DNA of 64,000 bases from Candidatus Iainarchaeum sp. (lineage in GTDB: Archaea > Iainarchaeota > Iainarchaeia > Iainarchaeales > UBA10191): assembly GCA_030649735.1 (NCBI GenBank), contig JAUSFL010000008.1, forward strand, positions 85,141 through 149,140. The letters run 5' to 3'. The notes under the pieces are model-generated. The model was not told the DNA's origin. It searched no databases and saw only the letters and a list, made by a program, of their open reading frames with translations. A program made the translations under genes and the position numbers. Positions within the stretch are counted from its first letter, which is position 1. Each line of letters begins with the position of its first letter. This document shows, piece after piece, positions 1 through 9,768 of this stretch.

Positions 1-594
1 CAATAAATCCATTGTTTTTGTTGTGACTATTTCTTTTTGCGGGTAATACAATAAGTGCGCTTCAGTGTCGCTTCTCAAGTTATAATTGATTGCTCCAAGC
101 CCGAGCGCTTGCTTTGCCATTTTTGCCCCGTGCAATGACCTTCCTGAAAGATTGTGCTCTACGTAAGGAATCATTGAACTGATGATTGAGAGTGCTGCAA
201 TTCCTGAAATTTCCAAGTGAGTGTGCTCTTTGGTCAATTCTTTTTCTTCTGCAGCAACCAATGCGTTTTCTTCCTCTTCAGAATCCAAGTATTCGACAAA
301 TCCCTTGTTTACCAAGTCTTGCCAGACGATTTTTCCGTCCTTGATTTGCTTTACAATGTCTTCTGTTATTTTTGGCGCTGCGCCTTCAACAACAATCAAT
401 GGCCTTTGGACCCTGCCTGAATCAGTGTTGATGTAAATTTCATTGGTGTCTTCGTGGAGTGCAATGTTTACTTGCTGGTCGATTTTTCCCTGCCTTCTTT
501 TTTTGACCAAGTCTTTGACCAAGTCCTGGGGCTCTCTGTGGAAGCCAATCAATCTTCCGTTGATGAAAACTTTTGCTTTTTCTCCAATTGCCAT
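1..594 (-). CDS. rpoB1: RNA polymerase subunit B' (5' part; runs off window)
   Basis: Manual translation from ATG 594: MAIGEKAKVFINGRLIG...IYINTDSGRVQRPLIVV...GFVEYLDSEEEE...MAKQALG; directly follows rpoB''. Confidence 0.93.
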   Translation of the reverse strand, partial: MAIGEKAKVFINGRLIGFHREPQDLVKDLVKKRRQGKIDQQVNIALHEDTNEIYINTDSGRVQRPLIVVEGAAPKITEDIVKQIKDGKIVWQDLVNKGFVEYLDSEEEENALVAAEEKELTKEHTHLEISGIAALSIISSMIPYVEHNLSGRSLHGAKMAKQALGLGAINYNLRSDTEAHLLYYPQKEIVTTKTMDLL

Positions 595-611
595 AAGCGC
601 ACCTTAAAAAA

Positions 612-2090
612 TTATTTTAATTTCACTCCCATTTCCCTGAGCATTTTTTCAACTGGCTCTTCGCTTGATTCAGTGGTCACTTCAGCCATTAACGCCAAGT
701 TTTTTACCAGGCCGCATTGCGGTCCGTCTGGAGTTTCTATTGGGCAGAGTCTTCCAAAGTGAGTTCCGTGGACATCTCTTGCCTCGTAAAGTTCGCGGTT
801 TTTGTCCAATGGGCTTTTTACTTTTCTCAAATCAGTCAATGGCGCCAAGTAGTTTACGCGATCCATGAATTTTGAGACTCCTGTAGCTCTTCCAATCCAA
901 TTGCCTGTGCTCATTGCAAACTTTATTCTTTCAGTTACTGCTCCAGGCCTTACGATTGTTGAAATATTCAATTTTCTCCTTCTAGTAATAGTCCTATCAA
1001 TTTGGAACTTCAGGTCTTTCACAAAGTACTTGAAAGAATACCTGAACAAGTGCTCCATTAATTTTCCTGAAAGCTCGAGCCTTTTGTTCGCGTAATGGTC
1101 CTTGTCGTCCTGTCCTCTGAGCTTGTAAGAGCGTTCAACGGCTTTTGTCGCCATCATTGTCAGATAGTATGCTTTTGCCAATCTGTCTTCTGGCTTTTGC
1201 CCAATGTGCGGCAATAGGAAAGCATCAATTACTTCCTGCGCCCTGCGCAATCTATAATCTATTACTTGCCCTGGAGCAACATATTTTCCAATCCGGTCCA
1301 AGGCTTCTTCCTGGTCTTTGACCATTAATTGCTCAAGGTTTAATGCAACATCATTCTTGATTTCAATTCTTTCATCAAAAGCGTCAGTGATTTCCTTGTC
1401 TGAATTCAATCCCAAAGCCTTCAAAAGCGTGAACAGCCTTAGTTTGCGCGGTGATGCTGGAAAAGAAACTGCAAGCATTCCGTCAGGGCTTCTTTGAATC
1501 CTGACCCTGCCTTTGAAAGCGCCTTTTGTGGAAATTACTTCCGCAATGATTTTTTCCTGCGCTTGCTCGCTGACCAAAACCCTGTCTGAAGCCAGGACTT
1601 CCTGAGTCATAAGGGCCTTTTCAGAGCCGTTAATGATAAAGTATCCGCCGAAATCTTTCGGGTCTTCGCCGACTTCAATCAATTCTTCTTCTGTCTTGTT
1701 TTCAAGCCAGCACCTGTTTGATTTCAGCATTATTGGCAGTTCGCCAATGTAAGTTTTTTTCACGTCTTGCTCGACGTCTCTTCTTGAAAGCCTCATTGTC
1801 AAATAGATTGGAGCGCTGTAAGTCCTGTTTCTCATTCTGGCTTCCATTGGGGAAATTACCCTTGGAGAGCCGTCTGCTTCAGTGAGCTTTGGCTTTTGGA
1901 TTTCAATGTCTGAAAGCTCGATTTTTACTTCTTCAATTTTTGGAATGATTTGCTTGTTCTCTTCAACAATGTCTTTCAGCTTCCAGTCCACGAACTGGTT
2001 GAAGGAGTTTATTTCCATTTGCGCAAAATTCCTGTTTTTAAAGTATGCCTGGATTATTGGCCAAGTTTTTAGTGCCATTTTAGACCACAA
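612..2090 (-). CDS. rpoB2: RNA polymerase subunit B''
   Basis: Motifs GGYFIINGSEK, DDKDHYANKRL, GRLCPIETPDGPQCGLVKNLA. Confidence 0.97.
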   Translation of the reverse strand: MWSKMALKTWPIIQAYFKNRNFAQMEINSFNQFVDWKLKDIVEENKQIIPKIEEVKIELSDIEIQKPKLTEADGSPRVISPMEARMRNRTYSAPIYLTMRLSRRDVEQDVKKTYIGELPIMLKSNRCWLENKTEEELIEVGEDPKDFGGYFIINGSEKALMTQEVLASDRVLVSEQAQEKIIAEVISTKGAFKGRVRIQRSPDGMLAVSFPASPRKLRLFTLLKALGLNSDKEITDAFDERIEIKNDVALNLEQLMVKDQEEALDRIGKYVAPGQVIDYRLRRAQEVIDAFLLPHIGQKPEDRLAKAYYLTMMATKAVERSYKLRGQDDKDHYANKRLELSGKLMEHLFRYSFKYFVKDLKFQIDRTITRRRKLNISTIVRPGAVTERIKFAMSTGNWIGRATGVSKFMDRVNYLAPLTDLRKVKSPLDKNRELYEARDVHGTHFGRLCPIETPDGPQCGLVKNLALMAEVTTESSEEPVEKMLREMGVKLK

Positions 2091-2313
2091 TCCTGAAGTA
2101 TGTCGCTTTTCCAGCAGTCCTGCTGTTTCGGATTATTTTGATCAAGTCGCCTTTTTTTGCGCCGATTTCTTCAATCATTGGATCGTCGCGCAGAATTTGA
2201 GGGAATTTTTTAGCGTCAGCGCCGTATTTTGCAAGTATTTCTTGGGCTTTTTCCGCGGGAATTATCTCGTGCCTTGGAACAAGTAGATTTTCTGAAAGTG
2301 TTTTCAAACCCAA
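2080..2313 (-). CDS. rpoH: RNA polymerase subunit H (Rpo5)
   Basis: LVPRHEI...PQILRDDP...GDLIKIIRNSRTAG..YFRIVV; canonical position before rpoB. Confidence 0.97.
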   Translation of the reverse strand: MGLKTLSENLLVPRHEIIPAEKAQEILAKYGADAKKFPQILRDDPMIEEIGAKKGDLIKIIRNSRTAGKATYFRIVV

Positions 2314-2575
2314 AATTTCACCTGCTTAGTGAAAAACCACTCTGGTGCTGGGGATTGTTTCTCAATTGCCAAATCTTTGGTGCTGATAGCTGTCTTGAGC
2401 GCGGATTACAATTCAAGGCTTAGGCTTAACATTAAATTTACACCGTTTCTTTGGCTGAGAAATCGATAAGGGTGGTTTTTAGTTAATTAACATAAGAAAA
2501 CGTTTTAAAACTATTGTCGAAGCCTGCAAAAAGCCTTGAAAACCATTGGTTATTGAAAAAACTTATTAAACTGCC

Positions 2576-4042
2576 TTGCCTGATTTTCTAATGCCTTTCA
2601 AGGAAAAGCTTGGCTTGTTTGACACCACTAATTTGGTGATTGGGGCAGTAATAGGTTCTGACATTTATGTAGCAACTTATTTTGGCATGAATCAATTAGG
2701 GCCTTCAAGCATTTTGGTCTGGATTGTTGCGGGAATTTTTGCAATCATTACCGCATTGGCTTTTGCGCAGTGCGCGCGTTCTGTAAAAAAAGTCGGCGGG
2801 CCTTACGCCTTTGTAAAGCAGGCCTTTGGGCATTTTCCTGCATTCATTTCGGGCTGGCTTTTGTGGCTTGCAGAGCTTGCCGGGCTTTGCGTCTTTCCCC
2901 TTGCTTTTGTGACTTACTTGCAATTCTTCATTCCTTTGGATTTTATTGCGCGAACTGCAGTGATTGGGTTGTTCATTTGCTTTCTTTTCTTCACGAACTA
3001 TTTTGGAATCAAAAAGGCTGCGCACACCAATGACATTTTCACTATTGTAAAGCTTTTTCCATTGCTTTTGATAATGCTTTTGGGGCTTTTTTTGGTTTTC
3101 TTCCGGCCTTCGCAAGTTTTCGCAAATTTCATGCCTTTCATGCCTTTCGGGTTTTCTGGATTTGGAGAATCATTAGTCTTGATTTTTTGGGCTTTTGTTG
3201 GATTTGAAATTGCAACAATTCCCGCGGGGGAAATAAGAAATCCTGGAAAAACAATCCCAAAGGCAATAATGATTGGAATGATCATAGTCACTGTCTTTTA
3301 CTTGCTGACTAATCTTTCCTTGATTGCCATTGCTGGAATGCAATTGGCGGAGCATGATGCTCCATTGGCTTTTGCGGCTTCTTTAATGCTTGGAAGCATT
3401 GGCGCTTTAGTCATTGCAGTCGGGGCCTTGGTTTCTGTCTCTGGAAGCGATGAAAGCAATTTGATTGGGACTGTTCGCTTGGGATATGCCTTGGCTGCTG
3501 ATGGCTATTTTCCAAAGCAAATGGCAAAATTGCATCCAAAATACGCAAGCCCTTATGTTTCTCTAATTGTCCACAGTATTTTGGCTTTCATTCTCACTGC
3601 GTTTTTTTCAATAAAGCAGTTCATTATTTTTTCAACATTCAATTTTGCATTGGTGTATTTGCTGGTGACTTTTTCTGCCTTCAGGATTGGCGGAGCCAAA
3701 AACCTTTTCGAGAAGGCAGTGCTTTATGCCAGTTCCTTGATTTGCCTTTATTTGCTCGCCAACATTGGAATCAATGAATTCCTTGCGGGAATAGCGTGCA
3801 TTGCGTTTGCAGTCGTGATTTATCCTTTCTTTTCAAAGCAAGAGTTAAAGGACGAGAAAAAGTTCTTTTTCAGGGAAGAGCACGTGCTTTACAGGATGGT
3901 AAGGCATGAAGAGTCTTTTTTGGCAAATGCTTTCAAGCATTTTAAAATTCTCGCGCGAAAGCTCCTTGGCTTGAAGCATGCGCATTCCTTGAGGGAAAGG
4001 CCTCACTCGCATTCTGGCAGAAAGTTTGCGGTAAAATTCTGA
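2576..4042 (+). CDS. APC-family amino acid permease
   Basis: GAVIGSDIY, GGPYAFVKQAFG, FWAFVGFE, EIRNPGKTIPKA; about 12 hydrophobic segments. Confidence 0.9.
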   Translation: MPDFLMPFKEKLGLFDTTNLVIGAVIGSDIYVATYFGMNQLGPSSILVWIVAGIFAIITALAFAQCARSVKKVGGPYAFVKQAFGHFPAFISGWLLWLAELAGLCVFPLAFVTYLQFFIPLDFIARTAVIGLFICFLFFTNYFGIKKAAHTNDIFTIVKLFPLLLIMLLGLFLVFFRPSQVFANFMPFMPFGFSGFGESLVLIFWAFVGFEIATIPAGEIRNPGKTIPKAIMIGMIIVTVFYLLTNLSLIAIAGMQLAEHDAPLAFAASLMLGSIGALVIAVGALVSVSGSDESNLIGTVRLGYALAADGYFPKQMAKLHPKYASPYVSLIVHSILAFILTAFFSIKQFIIFSTFNFALVYLLVTFSAFRIGGAKNLFEKAVLYASSLICLYLLANIGINEFLAGIACIAFAVVIYPFFSKQELKDEKKFFFREEHVLYRMVRHEESFLANAFKHFKILARKLLGLKHAHSLRERPHSHSGRKFAVKF

Positions 4043-4084
4043 ATTTCTAAAAAGCTTTAAAACGACTTTAGACATTGATTAATC

Positions 4085-4570
4085 ATGCATAGGCCTTTTA
4101 GGAAGACTCCTTTGAAAAAGAGAGTCTTGAAATACACCATTAAAGTCCAGAAAGAATGGCCTGACAAGACAGCGCATCTTCCGGGCCGCTTGGCGCTTTC
4201 AGAAAGAGCGGGCTATTTTCGCGGCTTGACTGGCATGCTTGTCAAGGATGAAGTTCTTGCTTATCTCTTGCTTGACTACCATAATTCTCCAGAAAAAATA
4301 GTCCAGGACATTCAAAAGCACGTTGCCAATGTCACGAAAGGCAATATTCCGCGCGCTATCCATTACATTGATGATACAATCCGCAGAGTGCGTGACGCCA
4401 GCGTTCAAAATCCCACTTCATTGGTTTTGCAAAGAATGGCGCGAATTAAGGGCTTGAGCGAGAAGGATTCTGAAAAGTACGCTCAGCAAATTGGCCATTT
4501 GATAAACTACCAGACAAGCGAAATAATCTCGACTTTAGAAATTTGCAAAATGCGCCTTCAAAGAAAATAA
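4085..4570 (+). CDS. Hypothetical protein with basic N-terminus
   Basis: 161-aa ORF filling an intergenic gap; no motif recognised. Confidence 0.6.
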   Translation: MHRPFRKTPLKKRVLKYTIKVQKEWPDKTAHLPGRLALSERAGYFRGLTGMLVKDEVLAYLLLDYHNSPEKIVQDIQKHVANVTKGNIPRAIHYIDDTIRRVRDASVQNPTSLVLQRMARIKGLSEKDSEKYAQQIGHLINYQTSEIISTLEICKMRLQRK

Positions 4571-4582
4571 AGAAAGAAAAAG

Positions 4583-4609
4583 AAAAAACCCAGGTTTGCT
4601 GGGTTTTTT
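4583..4609. terminator. Bidirectional hairpin / T-tract terminator
   Basis: AAAAAACCCAG-GTTTG-CTGGGTTTTTT between convergent genes. Confidence 0.65.
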
Positions 4610-4614
4610 TTTAA

Positions 4615-5619
4615 TTATTGATCTGTTCGAACTATTCTAATTGAATACAGTCCTTTTTCGTTAATTCCCAATTCCAATCTTTGAGAGCCGGTATCAACGC
4701 CATTAGGCAAGTATTGGAAATTTCCGCTTTCCCGCAGAGTGAACTTTCCTGAGCTTCCATCACTTGAAATTGCAGTCAGCCCTAAGTATAGGCTTTTTCC
4801 AGCATATGCTCCTGCGCCTCTAACACCGAAAGACCCTCCATTTGTATTTAACTCAACCAATTCATTAGAGTCTGAATTTTGGAGATTGATTTTTGCATAT
4901 CCTGAAGTTGATCCTGTTGCGACAATGTCAATTACAGTTACTGTAGTCTCCATTAAATCAGTTCCATTGTCTGCTGTAAAATCCAGGTCTCCTTTTCCTT
5001 GGACAACTGTAGATATTAGAAAGTTACAGTGGCCTTCTCCAGAAACTGTTATTGAGTTTGATGTTATTTCGCACAAAGTAAGTGCCCTTTGATTATCAAT
5101 GAAGTATTGCTCATCGTCTTCTCCAGTGTCCTTGAACAGTTTTATTTCTGGATTGAAGTTCCATCTTTGTTCTTTTTCAGCATAAGCTGTAGATTGTGTT
5201 ACATCGTAATAGTCATTGTCCAGTTTTTCACTCAAGACTTTGTTTTTGATTAATACTATTTTTATTGTTTGCGAGCTTGTCAGCATTACTTCTGCCCCGT
5301 TGTAAAAGTAATTGTTTTTGTATGCATTAATTGCATATTTTGACTGAGGCAATGTGAAGCTAACTGTTCCGTCAGCGCCTGTTTTTTGGCCTGCGTCAAG
5401 GTTTCCGCTCAAATTTGCCCACCTAAGACTTTCTCCAAGCTGGTTAATGTTAGAGCTTAGCGTGTAGTTTGTGTAAACATTCACTGTTGCGCCGTCAATT
5501 GGGACTCCTGCCTCGTCAACGACGTTAATTGTCAAAGTGTTCAGGCTTTGGTTTGTGCAACCGAACAAGAACAATCCCGCAAGCAAAAGCAGCGGAAGTA
5601 TCAAAATTTTTTTCTGCAT
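4615..5619 (-). CDS. Putative lipoprotein with carboxypeptidase-regulatory-like beta domain
   Basis: Lipobox-like LFGC; VVDEAGVPIDGATV...TGADGTVSFTLP pattern. Confidence 0.7.
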   Translation of the reverse strand: MQKKILILPLLLLAGLFLFGCTNQSLNTLTINVVDEAGVPIDGATVNVYTNYTLSSNINQLGESLRWANLSGNLDAGQKTGADGTVSFTLPQSKYAINAYKNNYFYNGAEVMLTSSQTIKIVLIKNKVLSEKLDNDYYDVTQSTAYAEKEQRWNFNPEIKLFKDTGEDDEQYFIDNQRALTLCEITSNSITVSGEGHCNFLISTVVQGKGDLDFTADNGTDLMETTVTVIDIVATGSTSGYAKINLQNSDSNELVELNTNGGSFGVRGAGAYAGKSLYLGLTAISSDGSSGKFTLRESGNFQYLPNGVDTGSQRLELGINEKGLYSIRIVRTDQ

Positions 5620-5782
5620 TTAAAAAAACCTCCAAAATAGAATTTTGTATTGCATTGAAGGCGTTTCCTGGATTTAAAGCTTTGGCTTGGCTTTAAAATA
5701 AAAAGAAAGAAGGAAAAAAAGCCTTGAAAAGAGATTGTTTCTTTTCTTATACAATCTTTTCCACGGCTTTTTTTTGAACAAG

Positions 5783-8431
5783 TCACTTTTTCTTGTCTTT
5801 CAATGCAGCGTGCGCTGCCGCAAGCCTTGCGATTGGCACGCGGAATGGAGAACAGCTCACATAGCTCAAGCCGACATTGTGGCAGAACTCGACTGATTTT
5901 GGGTCTCCGCCTTGCTCTCCGCAAATTCCGACCTTTAATTCAGGCTTTGTTTTGCGGCCTTTTGAAACGCTCATTTTGATGAGCTCTCCAACGCCTTCCT
6001 GGTCTACTGATTCGAAAGGGTCGTCCTTGAAGATTTTCTTGTCCAAGTAGTGCTTGATGAAAGTTCCTGCATCATCCCTTGAAAACCCGAAGGTTGTTTG
6101 CGTCAAGTCGTTTGTTCCAAAGCTGAAGAATTCCGCATGCTCTGCAATCTTGTCTGCTATAATGCATGCCCTTGGCAGTTCCATCATCACTCCAACTTTG
6201 TACTTGACTTTTTCGCCCTTGGTTTGCATTATTGCTTTTGCAGTGTTGTCAATGAGCTCTTTCATGAATTTCATTTCATTTTCCAAGCAAAGCACTGGAA
6301 CCATGATTTCTGCTTTTGCGTCAATGCCCTTGCGCTTTGAGTCAATTGCCGCCTCAATTATTGCCTGCACTTGCATTTCAGCAATTTCAGGATAAACTAT
6401 TGCAAGCCTGCAGCCCCTGAAGCCAAGCATTGGGTTGAACTCGTGCAGTGCGTGAATTGTTGACTTGACTTTTTCAACGCTTATTTTCATTTCAGTCGCC
6501 AAGTCCTTGATGTCTTTTTCTTCCCTTGGCAAAAACTCGTGCAATGGAGGATCCAAAAGCCTGATTGTTACATCAAGCCCGTTCATTGCCTCGAACAGTC
6601 CCAAAAAGTCTGCTTTTTGGTAAGGCAATAATTTTGTCAATGCTTTTTTCCTGCCTTCTAAAGTGTCTGCCAGAATCATTTCACGCATTGCCTTGATTCT
6701 TTCGCCTTCAAAAAACATGTGCTCTGTCCTGCAAAGCCCGATTCCTTCAGCGCCAAAATTGCGCGCAACTTGCGCGTCGTGCGGAGTGTCGGCGTTTGTT
6801 CTAACGCCCAGCTTTTTGAAACTGTCGGCCCATTTCATTAATTCCCCGAATTCTCCCTTCATTTGCGGTTCAACTAATGGAATTTCTCCCTGGTATACTT
6901 CTCCAGTTGCTCCGTCAAGGCTTACTATTTCGAATTCCTTGATTTTGATGCCTTTTGAAGGAACTTCAAAATATCCTTCCTTTTCATGCACTGTTATTTC
7001 TCCGCAGCCTGAAACGCAAGGCTTTCCCATTCCTCTGGCTACAACCGCAGCATGAGATGTGATTCCGCCCCTTGCCGTCAAAAATCCCTGGCTTACGTGC
7101 ATTCCTTCAATGTCTTCAGGGCTTGTTTCAGTCCTGATGAGCACGATTTTTTCTTTAGGGTTTTTTTCAAACATGTCTTTTGCTTTTTCTGCGTTAAAGA
7201 CTGCCTTTCCCACTGCTGCTCCAGGGGATGCCGCGAGTCCTTTTGCAATGACTTCATGCTTTTCCCTGGCAATTGGATCAAGCTGTTTGTGCAGCAATTG
7301 GTTCAATTGGTTCGGGTCAACGCGCAATACTGCCTCTTCTTTGGAAATTATTCCTTCCTTTTCCATGTCCACTGCGATTTTCACTGCGGCGTGCGCTGTC
7401 CTTTTTCCTTTTCTTGTCTGCAATAAATAGAGCTTGTTTTTTTCTATTGTGAATTCAAAGTCTTGCATTTCCTTGTAATTCTTTTCAAGGATTTCATAAG
7501 TTTCAATTAATTCCTCGTAGGCCTTTGGCAGGTATTTTTTCAAGGCGTCAATTGGCTCTGGAGTCCTGATGCCTGCAACAACGTCTTCTCCTTGCGCGTT
7601 AATCAGGAATTCTCCATAGTGTTCCTTGTTTCCGTTTGCCGGATTGCGCGTGAATGCAACCCCGGTTCCAGAGTCATTTCCCATGTTCCCAAAAACCATT
7701 GACTGTACATTGACTCCGGTTCCAGCATCGTCGCGGAGCTTGTTGATTCTTCTGTACGCGAGGGCGCGGGTGCAGTTCCAAGAGCTGAACACTGCGTCAA
7801 TTGACAACGTTAATTGTTCCCAAGGGTTTTGCGGGAATTCTTTCCCTTTTTCCTGCTTTACTATTGCCTTGTATTCTGAAACTATTTTTTTCAAGTCTTC
7901 AGCGTCAAGCTCTGTGTCGAAAGAAACTCCTTTGGTCTCTTTTGCCTTTTCAAGCACGTGCTCGAATTTTGGCATGTCAATTTCCAGCACGACATCACCG
8001 AACATTTGGATGAACCGCCTGTAAGAGTCCCATGCTGCGCGTTCATTTTTTGTTTGTGAGCCAAAGGCAACAACGCTTTTGTCATTCATTCCTAAATTAA
8101 GGATTGTTTCCATCATTCCAGGCATTGAAACATAGCTTCCGCTCCTGACTGACACAAACAGCGGGTTTTTGTCGTCGCCAAGCTTTTTTCCCATTTTTTT
8201 TTCCAAGGCCTCAAGCTTTTTCTTTACCTGTTCATTAAGCCCGACTGGCCATTTTTTTCCCAAATCGTAAAATTCCCTGCAGCCTTCAGTGGTTATTGTG
8301 AATCCTGGAGGCACTGGCAGGCCTTTGCTTGTCATTTCGCACAATTGCGCTCCCTTATTTCCAAGCAAAAACTGCGCTTCTTCAGTATTTCCTTCTTTTA
8401 TCTCTTCAAAGCTGAAAACATAATCTTTCAT
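5783..8431 (-). CDS. ppdK: Pyruvate, phosphate dikinase
   Basis: PVPPGFTITT, SMPGMMETILN, GGITSHAAVVAR, GIGLCRTEHMFF, FSFGTNDLTQ. Confidence 0.98.
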   Translation of the reverse strand: MKDYVFSFEEIKEGNTEEAQFLLGNKGAQLCEMTSKGLPVPPGFTITTEGCREFYDLGKKWPVGLNEQVKKKLEALEKKMGKKLGDDKNPLFVSVRSGSYVSMPGMMETILNLGMNDKSVVAFGSQTKNERAAWDSYRRFIQMFGDVVLEIDMPKFEHVLEKAKETKGVSFDTELDAEDLKKIVSEYKAIVKQEKGKEFPQNPWEQLTLSIDAVFSSWNCTRALAYRRINKLRDDAGTGVNVQSMVFGNMGNDSGTGVAFTRNPANGNKEHYGEFLINAQGEDVVAGIRTPEPIDALKKYLPKAYEELIETYEILEKNYKEMQDFEFTIEKNKLYLLQTRKGKRTAHAAVKIAVDMEKEGIISKEEAVLRVDPNQLNQLLHKQLDPIAREKHEVIAKGLAASPGAAVGKAVFNAEKAKDMFEKNPKEKIVLIRTETSPEDIEGMHVSQGFLTARGGITSHAAVVARGMGKPCVSGCGEITVHEKEGYFEVPSKGIKIKEFEIVSLDGATGEVYQGEIPLVEPQMKGEFGELMKWADSFKKLGVRTNADTPHDAQVARNFGAEGIGLCRTEHMFFEGERIKAMREMILADTLEGRKKALTKLLPYQKADFLGLFEAMNGLDVTIRLLDPPLHEFLPREEKDIKDLATEMKISVEKVKSTIHALHEFNPMLGFRGCRLAIVYPEIAEMQVQAIIEAAIDSKRKGIDAKAEIMVPVLCLENEMKFMKELIDNTAKAIMQTKGEKVKYKVGVMMELPRACIIADKIAEHAEFFSFGTNDLTQTTFGFSRDDAGTFIKHYLDKKIFKDDPFESVDQEGVGELIKMSVSKGRKTKPELKVGICGEQGGDPKSVEFCHNVGLSYVSCSPFRVPIARLAAAHAALKDKKK

Positions 8432-8520
8432 TAAAACTCACCTGCTTTTTTTCCGTGAAAACTCAAAGAAATTTGCTGTTAATCTTGAAAGTAGAAGTCA
8501 ATAAAAAAGGAATCTTTTTT

Positions 8521-9768
8521 TTACAAGATTCCGACTTGCTGCAAAACCAGTGTAATGCTTAAAGCGCTTAGCGCTATTGCAGAAACCCACGCGATTATGT
8601 TGAACCATTTTCCGTTGGTGTACTCGCCCATTATTTTCTTGTCATTGATTATCAAAAGCATCATTATCAGGATTATGGGCAGCATTATGCCGTTAATCAC
8701 TTGCGAAATGTACATTATTGGAATTAATGGAATGTTTGGCAGCATTATAATCAACGCTCCAACCGCAATGAGTATTGTAATAAGCCCGTAAAATTGCGGC
8801 GCTTCCTTGAATTTCTTGTTCACTCCGGAATTCCACCCGAATGCCTCGCAAACAAAGTATGCAGTGGCCAATGGCAAAATTGCGGCCGCGAACAATGACG
8901 CAATGAACAGTCCAATCCCGAATAATACTGTTGCGTAAGCGCCTGCAAAAGGGCCTAAAGCCATTGCGGCGTCTTTTGCGCTGTCAACTGCAATTCCACG
9001 AGAGAACAAAGTCGCCGCGGTCGCGACAATTATGAAAAACATTATCACTACTGTCACAATGCTTCCCAAAATCACGTCAATTCTTGAATATTTTAGGCTT
9101 TCTTTCTGCAATCCTTTTTCAACCACGGCGCTTTGCAGGTAGAATTGCATCCAAGGCGCTATTGTTGTTCCAACCAATGCAACAAGCATCATCAAATACC
9201 CGGCTTCAAAACTTATTACCGGGTTTACAAGGCTGGTTCCGATTGTTCCCCAGTCAGGATTTGACATCAGGCCCGCAATCACGTAAGAAATGTAAAACAG
9301 GCACGCAATCAAGAATGCCTTTTCCATGCTTTTGTAATTGCTTTTCACAATCAACACCCACACGAAAATCGCGCAAGCAGGAACCAAGAGCAGTTTGCTG
9401 ATTCCAAACAATTCCCCAGAGGCCGCAATGCCTGCAAATTCTGCAATCACGTTCCCCAAGTTTGTAATCAGCAATCCAACCATTAATGCAAAAGTTATTT
9501 TCACGCGAAAGTTTTCCCTTATCAGGTCGCTCAGGCCTTTTCCAGTCGCGATTGCCATCCTGACTCCCATTTCCTGGATTATGATGAGGACTATTGCGAT
9601 TGGAATCATTACCCAAAGGAATGCATATCCAAAGTGCGAGCCTGCAATGGAGTATGTTGCAATTCCGCCGGCGTCATTGTCCACTGCGCTAGTGATTAGT
9701 CCAGGCCCGATTGTCATCAAGAACAATAAGAATATTTTTTTGTCAAACTTTAATTCCATGAAAATCAC
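8521..9768 (-). CDS. NRAMP-family divalent cation (probably Mg2+) transporter
   Basis: GPGLITSAVDNDAGGIATYS and GTTIAPWMQFY; start probably GTG 9768 or ATG 9759; coupled to an MgtE-like gene. Confidence 0.9.
   Translation of the reverse strand: MIFMELKFDKKIFLLFLMTIGPGLITSAVDNDAGGIATYSIAGSHFGYAFLWVMIPIAIVLIIIQEMGVRMAIATGKGLSDLIRENFRVKITFALMVGLLITNLGNVIAEFAGIAASGELFGISKLLLVPACAIFVWVLIVKSNYKSMEKAFLIACLFYISYVIAGLMSNPDWGTIGTSLVNPVISFEAGYLMMLVALVGTTIAPWMQFYLQSAVVEKGLQKESLKYSRIDVILGSIVTVVIMFFIIVATAATLFSRGIAVDSAKDAAMALGPFAGAYATVLFGIGLFIASLFAAAILPLATAYFVCEAFGWNSGVNKKFKEAPQFYGLITILIAVGALIIMLPNIPLIPIMYISQVINGIMLPIILIMMLLIINDKKIMGEYTNGKWFNIIAWVSAIALSALSITLVLQQVGIL

Noticed and set aside
1-2313. Split rpoB as a disruption
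   Set aside because: The B''/B' split is normal in many archaeal lineages
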